Part shown: one piece after another, positions 28,340-40,078 of the stretch
Layout of the letters: each line of letters starts with the position of its first letter
Position numbering within the stretch: the stretch's first letter is position 1
Source: Eledone cirrhosa
Lineage: Eukaryota
Direction of reading: 5' to 3'
Length of the DNA stretch: 64,000 nt
Assembly: GCA_964016885.1 (NCBI GenBank)
Contig: OZ024740.1
Coordinates: forward strand, 30,132,001-30,196,000
Made by a program: the position numbers and the translations under genes
Notes under the pieces: generated by a model
Told to the model about the DNA's origin: nothing
Database searches by the model: none
What the model saw: the letters and a program-made list of their open reading frames with translations, nothing else

Positions 28340-31300
28340 CTATAGTCTGATGTAGAGTGAAGGCCCATTCACACGGGCCATTCTCGCCACTTTCACCCAT
28401 CTTTCATAGAAACGGCTGGGGTGCAGCACCTCTCTCTCCATCCTGATCCTTCTTCCGAAATGATATCGGAAGAAACGGACCAGTTGTTGGCCAGAGAGAA
28501 AGGTGCCCGACCTCAGTCCTTTCAGACGCGTCCACCATACAACCTCTTTCGCCATGGCTATTACGCACAGAAACACCGCCTCTGCTTCATCTTTGAAGGG
28601 GGAAGGCGGCTTGATCATTACAATAGACTCGGTGGTCAACCGGATCGGTCCCACCCTTGACAGCAGTTGTTCGACATAGCCCCACAGATCGGCTACGCCC
28701 GAGCAGTGTACTAATGCGTGTGCAACGGTTTCCTCGTCGCACACGCATCTGGGACAGATCTTTTTGGCGGGGTCCCTACCCGGGCGCCCGTGTCTGTAGA
28801 GCCTTTCTCGAACGGGTAAAGCCCCTCGGTAGCACTGCCAGGCCAGGGACTTCTGGAAGTTGTCCATAGGTCCCGGGCTGAATGTCCTACCGAACAGGCT
28901 GGCCAGTTCGTCCTCCTCCATGTCTAGGGCTTCTCCGAGGGCGTCGTCGCACCTGCTACGTACCAGCCCTCTATAGAATGTTGCGGTGGAGTCTCCACTG
29001 ATAACCGGATCCGCCTGCCAGAGGGCGGTGAGCGCCTGGGCACACTCAGTGTGCCAGGCGCCCAGTTTTCTCGGTCTTTGCTTGACCCAGGATTGCAGCT
29101 CGGTGAGTGAGACGAGTCTGGGAAAGGTTCGTCTCACAAACGAGGCCCACACCGGTTGTCCGGTGAGGAGTACGTAGAGGTGCCGTAGCCTTAATGCGTG
29201 TTTACGCATCATTAGCCACGGCATCCCCAGCCCTCCTTTCGAAGGGTGTTGACAGCAGATGGATCTCCTCACCATAGGAGCCCGCCTCTTCCAAAGGAAT
29301 TGGAAGAGCGCGCGCTCCATCTTGGTGAGGGTTTCCCTTGGGCAGGGCACTACGGTCAGGCGGTAGTAGATGACGGACGCTATGTAGGTGTTCGCCACCT
29401 CCGCCCGACCTTTCAGGGATAGTTTGCAACTGGCCCACTTCTGGGTCAGTGCAAACACCCTGTTCGTAACCTCCGCCCAGTTTTTCTCCACCTGGAGGTC
29501 CGGTCCGAACCAGACCCCGAGCAACTTCACCGGGCCCTCCGTCCAGCGTCCGACGACGCTATCGGAGGGCATCGGTCTGCCCCTCCACGTGCCGAGTTGC
29601 AAACCGATCGACTTGTCCCGGTTCAGCTTAGCCCCTGTGAACTTTTCGTACTCCTCCAGTAAGGTGCCGACCGCCTCGATTTCGGAGGCCGTCGACACCA
29701 TTACTGTCACGTCATCGGCGTAGGCCGACACCGCTTTCCGCAATCCCGGTTCCAAAGGGATGCCCTGCAACAACTCCAACTTCCGCAGTAGTGGCTCGAG
29801 AGTCAACACATACAGAAGGGAGGAGAGAGGGCACCCTTGTCGGATGGACCGCGCGATTTTGAACGGCTCCGAGAGGTAGCCGTTCACCTTGACCCTAGAG
29901 CAGATGCGGCTGCTGTGCATAGCAGTGATCCAGCCCCTGAAAACGGGTCCGAAGCCTGCCGCCGCTAGCACCGCATCCAGGTAACCATGGTCGACCCTAT
30001 CGAACGCCTTAGATTGATCCAAGTTGATCAGAGCCCCACCAAAGCCGGGTTCGTTCCCAACCCTCTCTATGATGTATCGCATGAGGTGGAGGTTGTCATG
30101 GATGGACCTGGACGGGATAGCGCATGTCTGCGCATCTCCCACCAGGTTGCCCACGACAAGCGCCAACCTCTTTGCTAGCACCTTGGCCAAAATCTGTAAC
30201 TCTGTATTTAGCAGAGTTATGTGCCTGAAGTTACTTATTTCGTCCCCCTTGTTCTCGTCCTTCCTCACTAGCGTGACTACGCCCTTGGTCACAGTACAGG
30301 GAATTCTCCCGTTCTGTTGCCAGTTGCAGTAGACCGCCTCGAGGAGATCGGGGAACAAGTCCGGCATAGCTAGATATAATTCGTAAGGAAGACCATCAAG
30401 ACCCGGGGATTTGCGTTTGCCGCATTGGCTCAGCACGTCCTCTATCTCAGCGGCCGAAATCGGCTCCTCGCAGGACTTCGCCTCCCTGTCCGAGAGGCGC
30501 GGCAGGCCGTCGAGGTATGGACCGAAGTCCACGTTCCCAACCGGCTCCCCGCCCCTCCCGAACAGTCGGGCAAAGTGCCTTTGAAAGGCCTCACACATCT
30601 GCTTAGGCTCAAGAATCGCCCGTCCATCCAGGTCTCGCAAAGACCGGATGGTGGATTTAGTTCCACTGTTGGCCTCTGTCACGCGGGCCCAGCTAACAGC
30701 TTTGGTCCCCTCGTTCCCTAGAGCACGTATTTTACTTCGGACAACGCAGCCTTCGTGCTTCGCGTCGAAAAACTGGCTCAAAGCCGTTCTCGACGCTAGC
30801 ACTCTGGCCACGTCGCCGCTTCTAATTTCCTCTTCTACTCTATCTATTAGCTCCCTTTCCTTCCTATTCCTATCCGCAGCTAGAACCTTACTAAATTCTA
30901 TCGAGACTACTCTAATCTCTCTCTTTAGAGATACCCACCACCTGCTGTTGACGATCGCTCCAGTCAACCGTTCCTTAACTAACGTACTAATCCGATTCCT
31001 GTAGGCTCTACTTGCCGGCAAGGACAAGTTGAGCTTCCAGTAACCGGGGCCCTGTCTATGAGTTCTGTCAAGGTTGACCATGCAGGTCACTAATTTGTGG
31101 TCTGAATAGCCAACAATGCGCATTTTTGGACAACTTAAAAAGTCCTTATCCTTAATTCTAACTAAGAACCTATCTAGGTACGACCTAGATGATCCGCTAC
31201 GATTTGCCCAAGTCCAGGTTGGCGCAGTCGGAAAATCTAGTCGATATCTATCGGCCAGGTCAAATCGACCGATTAACCCTTTGAGGCTATTACACCCCTC

Positions 31301-31777
31301 TCTATCGGGGCAGGCCCCTACGTAGTCCCAGCGTGCATCTAGGATACCATTCCAGTCCCCCACTAATAGCAAGGAGCGGGACGTCCCTAGAAAAGTCTCC
31401 AGACGATGGAAGAAGTCCGGCCGCATTGACCCGAAAGGGCCGTAGGCGGCTACCAACCTAAACGCTCCGCCTTTACCACTGCCAAGGTCCAGAACCACTA
31501 GTCGACCCTCCGGGTCCAAATGTACCATCTGTGTTGCGAGACCCAGATGTTTTTGCAGCAGAACGACAACTCCACCCCCACCTCCGGGCTGACAGAGAGA
31601 TGCGTGCATCTCAAAGTCATCAAAGGTGGGGGCCAGCTGTCGCACGTTGCTGATCCGGGCCTCGCAAATAACCATCACATCTATACGTTGTGACCTGAGG
31701 TCATTTAGAAGCATTGCTTGCTTCCAAGTTGAGCCCAGGCCACGCGCATTTAAACAGCCTACTCTTAGCATAGCCAT
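28340..31777 (-). CDS. LINE ORF2: AP endonuclease, reverse transcriptase and C-terminal CCHC zinc finger (about 1145 aa from the ATG at 31777)
   Basis: APE motifs CLNARGL, GDWN, SYLDRFLV and YSDHKLV. RT motifs KSPGLDG, LDQSKAFDRVDH, RQGCPLS and AYADDVT. Zinc finger CPRC...ETVAHALVHC. The frame is uninterrupted. Confidence 0.93.
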   Translation of the reverse strand: MAMLRVGCLNARGLGSTWKQAMLLNDLRSQRIDVMVICEARISNVRQLAPTFDDFEMHASLCQPGGGGGVVVLLQKHLGLATQMVHLDPEGRLVVLDLGSGKGGAFRLVAAYGPFGSMRPDFFHRLETFLGTSRSLLLVGDWNGILDARWDYVGACPDREGCNSLKGLIGRFDLADRYRLDFPTAPTWTWANRSGSSRSYLDRFLVRIKDKDFLSCPKMRIVGYSDHKLVTCMVNLDRTHRQGPGYWKLNLSLPASRAYRNRISTLVKERLTGAIVNSRWWVSLKREIRVVSIEFSKVLAADRNRKERELIDRVEEEIRSGDVARVLASRTALSQFFDAKHEGCVVRSKIRALGNEGTKAVSWARVTEANSGTKSTIRSLRDLDGRAILEPKQMCEAFQRHFARLFGRGGEPVGNVDFGPYLDGLPRLSDREAKSCEEPISAAEIEDVLSQCGKRKSPGLDGLPYELYLAMPDLFPDLLEAVYCNWQQNGRIPCTVTKGVVTLVRKDENKGDEISNFRHITLLNTELQILAKVLAKRLALVVGNLVGDAQTCAIPSRSIHDNLHLMRYIIERVGNEPGFGGALINLDQSKAFDRVDHGYLDAVLAAAGFGPVFRGWITAMHSSRICSRVKVNGYLSEPFKIARSIRQGCPLSSLLYVLTLEPLLRKLELLQGIPLEPGLRKAVSAYADDVTVMVSTASEIEAVGTLLEEYEKFTGAKLNRDKSIGLQLGTWRGRPMPSDSVVGRWTEGPVKLLGVWFGPDLQVEKNWAEVTNRVFALTQKWASCKLSLKGRAEVANTYIASVIYYRLTVVPCPRETLTKMERALFQFLWKRRAPMVRRSICCQHPSKGGLGMPWLMMRKHALRLRHLYVLLTGQPVWASFVRRTFPRLVSLTELQSWVKQRPRKLGAWHTECAQALTALWQADPVISGDSTATFYRGLVRSRCDDALGEALDMEEDELASLFGRTFSPGPMDNFQKSLAWQCYRGALPVRERLYRHGRPGRDPAKKICPRCVCDEETVAHALVHCSGVADLWGYVEQLLSRVGPIRLTTESIVMIKPPSPFKDEAEAVFLCVIAMAKEVVWWTRLKGLRSGTFLSGQQLVRFFRYHFGRRIRMEREVLHPSRFYERWVKVARMARVNGPSLYIRL

Positions 31778-31801
31778 GTTGGTGGTGAAGAGAAAAGGCA
31801 C

Positions 31802-33582
31802 TTACCTCTCTGCGTCCCGGGTATCGGGCTGCACAATTTCCATTAGGGTGGGGGATGGGTTGTTGGGTGGGGTGGTGGTTTGTGGAAGTGTGGGGGCATC
31901 AGTGTGTTGTGTGGTTGGGGAGCTTGGAGTTGTGAGGGTGTTTGGGGAGGGGGTGGGATAGTTTTTTAGGAGGACGCGGTTAATGGGCCCGACGCAGGGG
32001 GGACCCACGTCCTCTTTAAAATTGTTTTTTAAAGTTTTATAGGTGTCCTGTGGGGCCTTAATCATTTTGAGGTGGGGGAAATCCCCTGCCTGGGTGAAGT
32101 TAGGCCCTTGGGTTTTTATTAGATTGTTGTTGTACACAATGTTTAACAGTTTTTTGTTTCTTGTATTTATGTATGTGTATGCATGTTTTTGTTTTTGTGT
32201 GGTGTTTTTTGTTTGCTGTTGTGAGCTCTTTTGTGTTGGTGTCAGTGTTATGTTTTGGGGAGGGGTTTTTTTCATTTGTGTGTCTGAGGTGTGTTTTCTT
32301 TTTTTTCTTTTGATTGTGTGGAAGTGCTCCTCCTCGTCTGACGACGAACTAGGGTCATCTTCCGCGTTGGAGGGGAGGGGTATATTTTCGGGTTGTGTTT
32401 GCGGTACGGGTGTTTTGGAAATTGTTTTTGTTTTTTGAGTGGAGGGGATGGGTTGGACATTGTTTTGTTTTGGTTTGAGCTGTGGTGGTTGTTTTTGTAG
32501 TGGTAGTTGTGGTGATTGTGTTGGTTGTGCAGTTGTTGGTGGTGTAGGCAGGATTGGGGTTTTCTTATTAAGTTGGGGACAGACAGCCCTCAGGTGACCT
32601 CTGGTTCCGCAGAGGTAACACGAGGGCCGTCTACCCTCAACGGTAATGTTGATGAAGGTTAGATCATCCAGTATGACGCGTTCAGGGATCTGGGCGATCC
32701 TTTCGGGCCTCATTTGAACTACAAGTTCGAGGCTCGTTCCACTGAACGCGTCACCCGATGCCTTTCCCATGGACACCAGCATGTCATCCTCCAGGTCCAG
32801 AAAACCTGTCAAAACCCACCATATGTCCATAATCGGCAGGATGGTGTGGATTTTTATTTTTTGTGTTCTTCTACCCATGTACGTAGGGTAGAAGGTTTAT
32901 GCGGTGGATGTGATTGGTTTGATGGACAGTTTCACTGCTGTGTCCCTGTCCTTCATGAGAATGGATAGACTCCCGTAGAGTCTATCCTTCTGAATGAAGG
33001 TGATGTCCTTCATGACGTCTTTTAAAACCAGCTCTATCTCGCTCTGTGATGGTTGAGCTGGTTTTTTACTTTTGTTCGAGATTGTCCTAAACATGACCGT
33101 GTTTAGGAGTCTCTGGCTTTTTAGTTCCGGGGGGGAATGGATTGTGAATTTTCTCCGTACACTATATATTTTTTCGCATCCGCCAGTAGCTCCTTCGCTT
33201 TTGTTATATCTACTGGCAGATAGTCGAGGGTTTTCCTTGTCGTCTCGGCGAAGGAGAAATTTTGTTTGTTTGTGTTGTTGTTGTCGTTGGTGGTGTTGTT
33301 GTTATCATTGTTGTTGTTGTCACCGTTATTGGTCTTGTTGTTGTTATTGTTATTGTTATTGGTGTTGCTTTCGTCCGTCGCATTGTTGTTGTTGTTGCTG
33401 TTGCTGCTGGTTCTTTGGGTTGTTGCCATGGCAACGTCAAGTTGTCGGTTAACAGGTGGAGAGAATTCTTCCTCTGGCTGACCTATCTTCTTGACCTCTG
33501 CTACTGTGACAGTGGCAGGGGGAAGCTGTAAGTTCATCTTCCCCTTTCCTCCTTCGAATTTTGGTGAAGAAGCTTCGGCCAT
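31802..33582 (-). pseudogene. LINE ORF1 (gag-like, CCHC zinc knuckle) disrupted by one frameshift and one stop
   Basis: Three ORF-track pieces: 33121-33609, 32897-33094 and 31802-32878. The last two are in frame across a TAA; the first is in another frame. Knuckle CYLCGTRGHLRAVC; poly-Asn stretch from an (AAC)n tract. Confidence 0.8.
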
Positions 33583-33794
33583 TTTAAAAAAATATTGACT
33601 TTTCAACAAGAAAAAACTTTTTTTTTAACTATTTCGCCTAAAGGCGTAGAATATTTTGAGAGACTGACCAGATTAAAGTTTGACCTGGCAGTCCCTCTAC
33701 AAAATGGTACAAAAATTAAAGTTATCAGACAAGAATTTCTATAGAAATTTAAACAGAACTTACTCAGCAAGTTATACGCGTGTGTCCATCCCAG

Positions 33795-33859
<65 letters not shown>

Positions 33860-33868
33860 TAGATAGAT

Positions 33869-33899
<31 letters not shown>

Positions 33900-33900
33900 T
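33795..33900. repeat. (GATA)n microsatellite at the LINE 5' junction
   Basis: Read directly from the sequence. Confidence 0.95.
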
Positions 33901-34484
33901 GTACGAATGTTTCAAAATTGCCGAAAACTATGTTTTGTGATCCTTTGTTTTGTCACATTTCTGGCAATAATATAATAATACCTGTTAATTCTCTCCAGGC
34001 CTTCCTTCAGTTCTCATTTTATTTCTCACACCTACATCCAGTCGTTTCCATAGCTACTTCCGGTAGGTTCATATTTTTAGAATGTCTATAGTTGTCCAAA
34101 ATCATTATTGGGAACATATTATTGCTATATTAACACCATTAGTGATATAGGACAATAATACACATTACAACAACAGGAAAAGTAGAAAAAAACATATCAC
34201 ATCTATTTTTCTGCAGAGACCTTAACTACAAAACGAAATGTTTAACATAATGAATTCGGCAGCCATTACACTTTAAATAACATTAAGCAAAGTCGTTTGC
34301 TACGCATAGATAGTTATATATACAGTGGTGGACTGGCAAGGTCGTCAGCCTGCGTGTTGGCAAGTGAGCCCCTCGGGGGCCACACGGTAGTACATTAGGG
34401 GCGAATGCAGAAACTTTCCTTTCAAAGAAAATATGTAATTATATAAGTATAAAGAAAGTGCTTAAGTGCAGAAATGCTATAAAG

Positions 34485-35394
34485 ATATATTTCTTTATTT
34501 GCCACAAGGGCGCACAAGAAAAGGGAACAATACAAAGACATGTGTGGCGGATTTTACATACAGTCGTGTAAAAAATGTTTTAACATGAAAATATAACAAT
34601 CGAAATCCCCAATAAGGGGGAGGCGTTACATATCGGTTGCTTTATACCCTGTAGATAGAACAACCTTCAACTCCAGGAGCATGTTGTGCAAGTGCTCCTT
34701 TCATCCTTTCGCTCTCTTCTTCAACCTATAGGTTTATATTGCTCTCCTTTTCTCATTGCTTTCCTTGCTCTTCTTTTCTCCTTCCTCTCCTTGCTCACCT
34801 TTTATCCTCACTCTCCTTGCTCTCCTTGCCCTCCTTTTCTCGTTGCTCTCCTTGCTCTCCTTTTATCCTTGTTCTCCCTTTATACCGGATCGTCCGTGCC
34901 TGTAGATCTTATCGAGTACTGGTAGAGCTCCTCGGTAGCATTGCCAGGCCAGAGACCTTTGGAATTTGTCCATAGGTCCCGGACGGAAAGTGCTACCGAA
35001 CAGACTGGTGAGCTCGTCTTCTTCGACGCCTAGAGTCTCTCGCAGCACGTCGTCGCACTTGTACCGTACTATCCCGCTATAGAATGACGAAGTGGAGTCA
35101 CCACTGATTGCTGTGCCCGCTTGACATAGGACTGTGAGCGCGTGCCAGGCGCCCATTTTCTTCGGTCTCCGCTTGACACAGGAAAGCAGCTCCGTCAGCG
35201 AGACAAGTTGCGAGAAGGCTCATCTTACAAACGGAATGCCTGGAGATGCCGTAGCCTCAGAGCGTATTTGCGCATCATCAGCCGCGGCATTCCCAGCCCT
35301 CAGTTGGAAGGGTGCTGGCAACAGACAGATCTCCTCACCAGTGGAGCCTACTTCTTCCAAAGGAATTGGAAGAGCATGCGTTCTATTTGGTGAG
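34485..35394 (-). mobile_element. 5'-truncated, internally deleted Tx1-like LINE (second subfamily)
   Basis: 3' end TATTTCTTTATTTGCCACAAGGGCGC. Peptide GPMDKFQRSLAWQCYRGALPV matches the ORF2 C-terminus. AGATA is present on both flanks. Confidence 0.88.
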
Positions 35395-35502
35395 ATAGTT
35401 TATAAAATAGGGTAAAAGTCGGACAAAGAATTCGGCAACCACTGCTATAAGGAATCAAACCCCATACTTTCCACAAGATACCGGCTAGAAGATAATTAAA
35501 TA

Positions 35503-35537
<35 letters not shown>

Positions 35538-36278
35538 GTTTGTAGAGGAAAATAAGAAAATGAATATTAAAAGTAGTGTCTGTCAAATGATAGAATAAAC
35601 GAAGCCGGTATGGAAGGATATTATCTAGATATTTAATGAAATCCGTAAAGCATGAGAGATGATAAAGGTTTCGAAGATAAATGTTGAGAATATGAGTTTA
35701 AAAGAAGGTAATTTATTTTGTTAACCCCAGAAGGATGATAGGGAGACCCGACCAAAATGTGAACTGGCGGATCTATTAAGTGCCGTTAAGCAATGTGATA
35801 CTGAGAGGATATGAAAATAATTATATATATAAAAATAAATATTAGTCTTAGTTAATTGATGCAATAACCAAACCTGGTATCCAACGATGTGAAATATTTA
35901 AGCAAATCCATATTTAAGTATAAAGTAGGTAAAACCAGAAATATTCCAAAGGTTAATATTTACAATATAAGTTTTAGAAAGTCTTGAAGTTTGAGCAGTC
36001 TCGATGGTTGAGTGGTACAACTGCTGGGTATGTAATTGTAAAACTTCTCATTCCAAATCGTAAAGAATGTTCGGAGTTCAATCTAATTGCGCTAAAAAGA
36101 AGAATTTTGTTTCTCTTTTTTTTTCCTAACTAGAAGAAGGTAGAAAGTAGGAGAAAGCTTCACTTGGCTGTGCACTGCTTCTCTTGATGATTTCTCCCGA
36201 ATGAAACAGTTCTAGTCCTGTAGAAGCCTTATATATGTATATATATATATAAAGGAGAGTATATATATATATATATAT

Positions 36279-36545
36279 ACTCTCATTGCTCTCCTTGCTC
36301 CCCTTGCTCTCCTTTTCTCCTTGCTCTCCTTTTCTCATTGCTTTTCTTGCTCTTCTTTTCTCGTTGCTCTCCTTGCTCTTCTTTCCTCCTTCCTCTGCTT
36401 GCTCACCTTTTATCCTCACTCTCTTTGCTCTCCTTTTTTCATAGCTCTCCTTGCTCTCTTTGCTCTCCTTTTCTCGTTGCTCTCGTTGCTCTCATTTTCT
36501 CATTGCTCCCATTGCCCTCCTATTCTCATTGCTCTCCTTGCCTTA
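36279..36545. repeat. Degenerate pyrimidine-rich tandem repeat (TTGCTCTCC-like 9-mer)
   Basis: Repeated TTGCTCTCC/TTTTCTC motifs; part of the tract is duplicated at 34739-34882. Confidence 0.8.
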
Positions 36546-37516
36546 TACCTGCGCTCTGTCCCCAGCTTTGCAATTTGCCTTCACCATTATATTTATTGCC
36601 ACTTATCTTCTATTACCAAGAATAAGTTTGAACAAGTTTTTAATTTAAGAGAAAATTATATAAGAGATAAAAAAATGTTATCTGAAAAAATGACTTTCAG
36701 GGCGAAAACTTCAAAATTTCACGTTCGATGAGGGGTCATCTTGCAGTTGTCCCCTTGAGCTTAAATGTGGCATCGATTGGTTTTGTGTTAATTGGCGCAA
36801 GATAAAGGGGTGGGAGCTTAACTGTTAGGAAGTTGAAAAATAAGGGCCACCCTAATATATATTGGAAAAGTAAATAACAACAACAATGAGTACAGTTACG
36901 AAAGGTGTTCGCGCATATTGGGCAAATACATTTACGTACATACATAAAGTTGACTGCAATAATACATCCATCTGTTCATCTATACAACTGTTGTGGAATT
37001 CGAACACGGAAGCTGTGATGTACATAACTTAATATCATTTGAAATCTATTTAATTCACTACATTATTGTCTAGGTCATCATCTAGGCCATTTTTTTTTTT
37101 CGGGAAATATTAATTTAAAATGAAATAAACAACATTTCAAAATACATTAATTTCAATTTTCTGGTCGAACAAATCGTTTAAATTTTTATATAATTTTATG
37201 TATATCAAGTAATGTTGTTTAATATTTTTATATTCAATATAGAGGATAATGCTGGAAGCAAGTTCCTCGTGGTGGTGATGGTTATAAAGGTGGTGGTGGC
37301 TATAATGGTAACTGGTGGTGGTGGTTATAATAGTAACTGGTGTGGGGGAGGGAGGAGGTGTTTAACAAAAGACAGAAAATATTAATCTTCTTTTTTCAAT
37401 TATTAATAAATAAAATATTAAATTGAAAAGTAGAATTATTTGCATACATATATATATATATATGTGTGTGTGTATGTATGTATGTGTGTGTGAGAGAGTG
37501 TGTACTTGTATATATA

Positions 37517-37605
<89 letters not shown>

Positions 37606-37929
37606 ATAGAGAGAGAGATTATATGTATAATTATATTTATATATTCATACAGATTATGTATACACAAACACACACACAGACAAACACACACATATATATA
37701 TGTGTGTGTGTGTGCCTGTATGTGTGTTTGTGTGTTTGTGTGTGAGTGTGTGTGTTTGTGCGTGTATAAAGAGATTATATGTATACATTGATACAGATTA
37801 ATGTATACACACACGCGCACACGCACACACACACATATATACATGTGTGTGTGTGTGTATGTAGTATGTAAACATGTGTATGGCGGAAGTTACTTTCATA
37901 AGGAGTTGACTGTAGATAGATAGATAGAT

Positions 37930-39700
37930 ATATTTCTTTATTTGCCACAAGGGCGCACAAGAAAAGGGGACAATACAAAGACACATGCCGGGGATTTTAC
38001 ATACAGTCGTGTAAAAAAAATATAAAACAAATAATTATAACAATCGAAATCCCCAATAGGGGGGAGGCGCCACAAATGGTTGTTTAATACCCCGTCGATA
38101 GAACAACCCTCAACTTCAGGAGCGTGTTGTGCAAGTGCTCCCTTCTTCCTTTTGCTCTCTTCTTTAACCTACAGGTTTATAAACAGAGAAGGCCCAATCA
38201 CTCGGGCCATTTCCGCTTCATTCACCCACCTTTCAGTAAATTTACTGGGGTGCAGTGCCTCTCTCTCCACTCTGATTCTCCTTCTAAAGTGGTATCTAAA
38301 GAAGGGAATGTGTTGTTGTCCGGAGAGAAAGGCATCTGTCCTCAGTCCTCTCAATCTCGTCCACCATATAATCTCTTTCACCATAGCCACCGTACAGAGA
38401 AAAACCGCCTCTCTCGTTTTTGAAAGAAGTTAGCGGTTTGATCCTTACTATGGACTCGGCAGTCAACTGGATTTGTCCCATACGCGACAGCAGTTGTTCC
38501 GCGTAGTTCCACAGGTCGGTTACGCCCGGGCGGTGTACAATTGCATGCAGGACGGTTTCAATGTCCTGCACGCATCTTGGACACATCCTCTTGTAAGGAT
38601 CCCTGCCGGGGCGTCCGTGCCTGTAGATCTTGTCACGAATTGGTAGAGCTCCTCGGTAGCATTGCCAGGTCAAGGATCTCTGGAAGTTGTCCATAGGTCC
38701 CGGGCGGAAAGTCCTACCAAACAGACTGGTGAGCTCATCGTCTTCGACGCCCAGAGTCTCTCCGAGCACGCCGTCGCCCTTGTAACGTACAATCCCTGTA
38801 TAGAATGTCGAAGTGGAGTCTCCACTGATTGCTGTGCCCGCTTGCCAGAGGACTGTGAGTGCCTGAGCGCATTCAATGTGCCAGGCGCCCATCGTTTTCG
38901 GTCTTTTCTTGACCCAGGACTGCAGCTCCGTCAGCGAGAAGAGCTGCGGGAAAGCCTGTCTCACAAACGGTGCCCACACCGGTTGGGAGTCGGTGAGGAA
39001 TACCTGGAGGTGCCGCAGCCTCAGCGCATGTTTGCACATCATCAGCCATGTCATTCCCAGCCCTCCGATGGAAGGGTGCTGACAGCAGACGGAACTCCTC
39101 ACCAGAGGAGCCGGCTCGTCCACAGAAACTGGAAGAGCATGCATTCCATCTTGGCGAGGTGTTCACGGGGACAAGGCACGACAGTCAAGCGGTAGTAAAT
39201 GACTGACGCTATAAAAGTGTTCGCACACCTCCGCTCGGAGGACAGTTTGCACTCTGCCCACTTCTGGGTGAGCGCAAACACCTTGACCGTGACCTCGTTC
39301 CAGTTTTTCTCCACCTGGAGATCTGGACCGAACCAGACCCCGAGCAATTTCACCGGTACCTCCGTCCAGCGTCCAACGATGCTGTCGGACGTCATCGGTT
39401 TGCCTCTCCACGTACCGAGCTGCAAACCGACACACTTGTCCGGGTTAGTTTTGCTCCCGTCAGCGTTTCCTATTCTTTCAGTAGGTTCCGATCACCCGAA
39501 TTCCGAGGTGCTCGATACCATTACCGTCACGTCGTCGGCATAAGCCGATGCCGCTTTGCGCAGTCCCGGTTCTAGAGGGATAACCTACAACAGCTCCAAT
39601 TTCCGCAGTAGTGGCTCTAGAGTCAATACATACAGAATGGAGGAGGGAAGGCATCCCTGTCGAATGGAACGCGTGATTACGAACGGCTCCGATAGGTAAC
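37930..39700 (-). mobile_element. 5'-truncated, frameshifted Tx1-like LINE (same subfamily as the 34485 copy)
   Basis: Fragments RQGCLPSSILYVLTLEPLL, QLGTWRGKPM...VYYRLTVVPC-like and CPRCVQDIETVLHAIVH match ORF2 in shifting frames. (GATA)n at the 3' junction, 37913-37930. Confidence 0.9.
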
Positions 39701-39701
39701 T

Positions 39702-40034
39702 GAGAGAGACATGTGTCTGTAGCTTGCTATCTCTCTCTCTCTCTCTCTCTCTCTCTACTCTCTGTGTATATACATTTTGGGTGGACACCATTATATATAT
39801 AGAGAGAGATATGTGTCTGTAGCTTGCTATCTCTCTATCTCTATCTCTCTATCTCACTCTCTCTCTCTCTGTATATACATTTTGGGGGGACACCATTTAT
39901 ATATAGAGAGAGATATGTGTCTGTAGCTTGCTATCTCTCTATCTCTATCTCTCTATCTCACTCTCTCTCTCTCTGTATATACATTTTGGGGGGACACCAT
40001 TTATATATAGAGAGAGATATGTGTCTGTAGCTTG

Positions 40035-40078
<44 letters not shown>

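Larger units (their letters stand above)
28076..33792 (-). mobile_element. Near full-length L1/Tx1-clade non-LTR retrotransposon inserted in (GATA)n
   Basis: 5' UTR, gag-like ORF1, APE-RT ORF2 and a 3' UTR of about 260 nt. GATA repeats lie on both sides (28057-28075 and 33795-33900). Confidence 0.93.

Noticed and set aside
28283-28342. Stop-codon readthrough signal (UAG plus pseudoknot)
   Set aside because: The spacer is about 22 nt rather than about 8, and no meaningful downstream frame follows. A 3' UTR recognition role is more plausible.
28421-33531. Short plus-strand and alternate-frame ORFs over the LINE
   Set aside because: They are shadows of GC-rich ORF2 or the (AAC)n tract and carry no motifs.
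34321-34400. TA-CAGTGGTGGACTGG as a DNA transposon terminus
   Set aside because: It looks like a TIR start, but I found no matching inverted end or transposase in the window.
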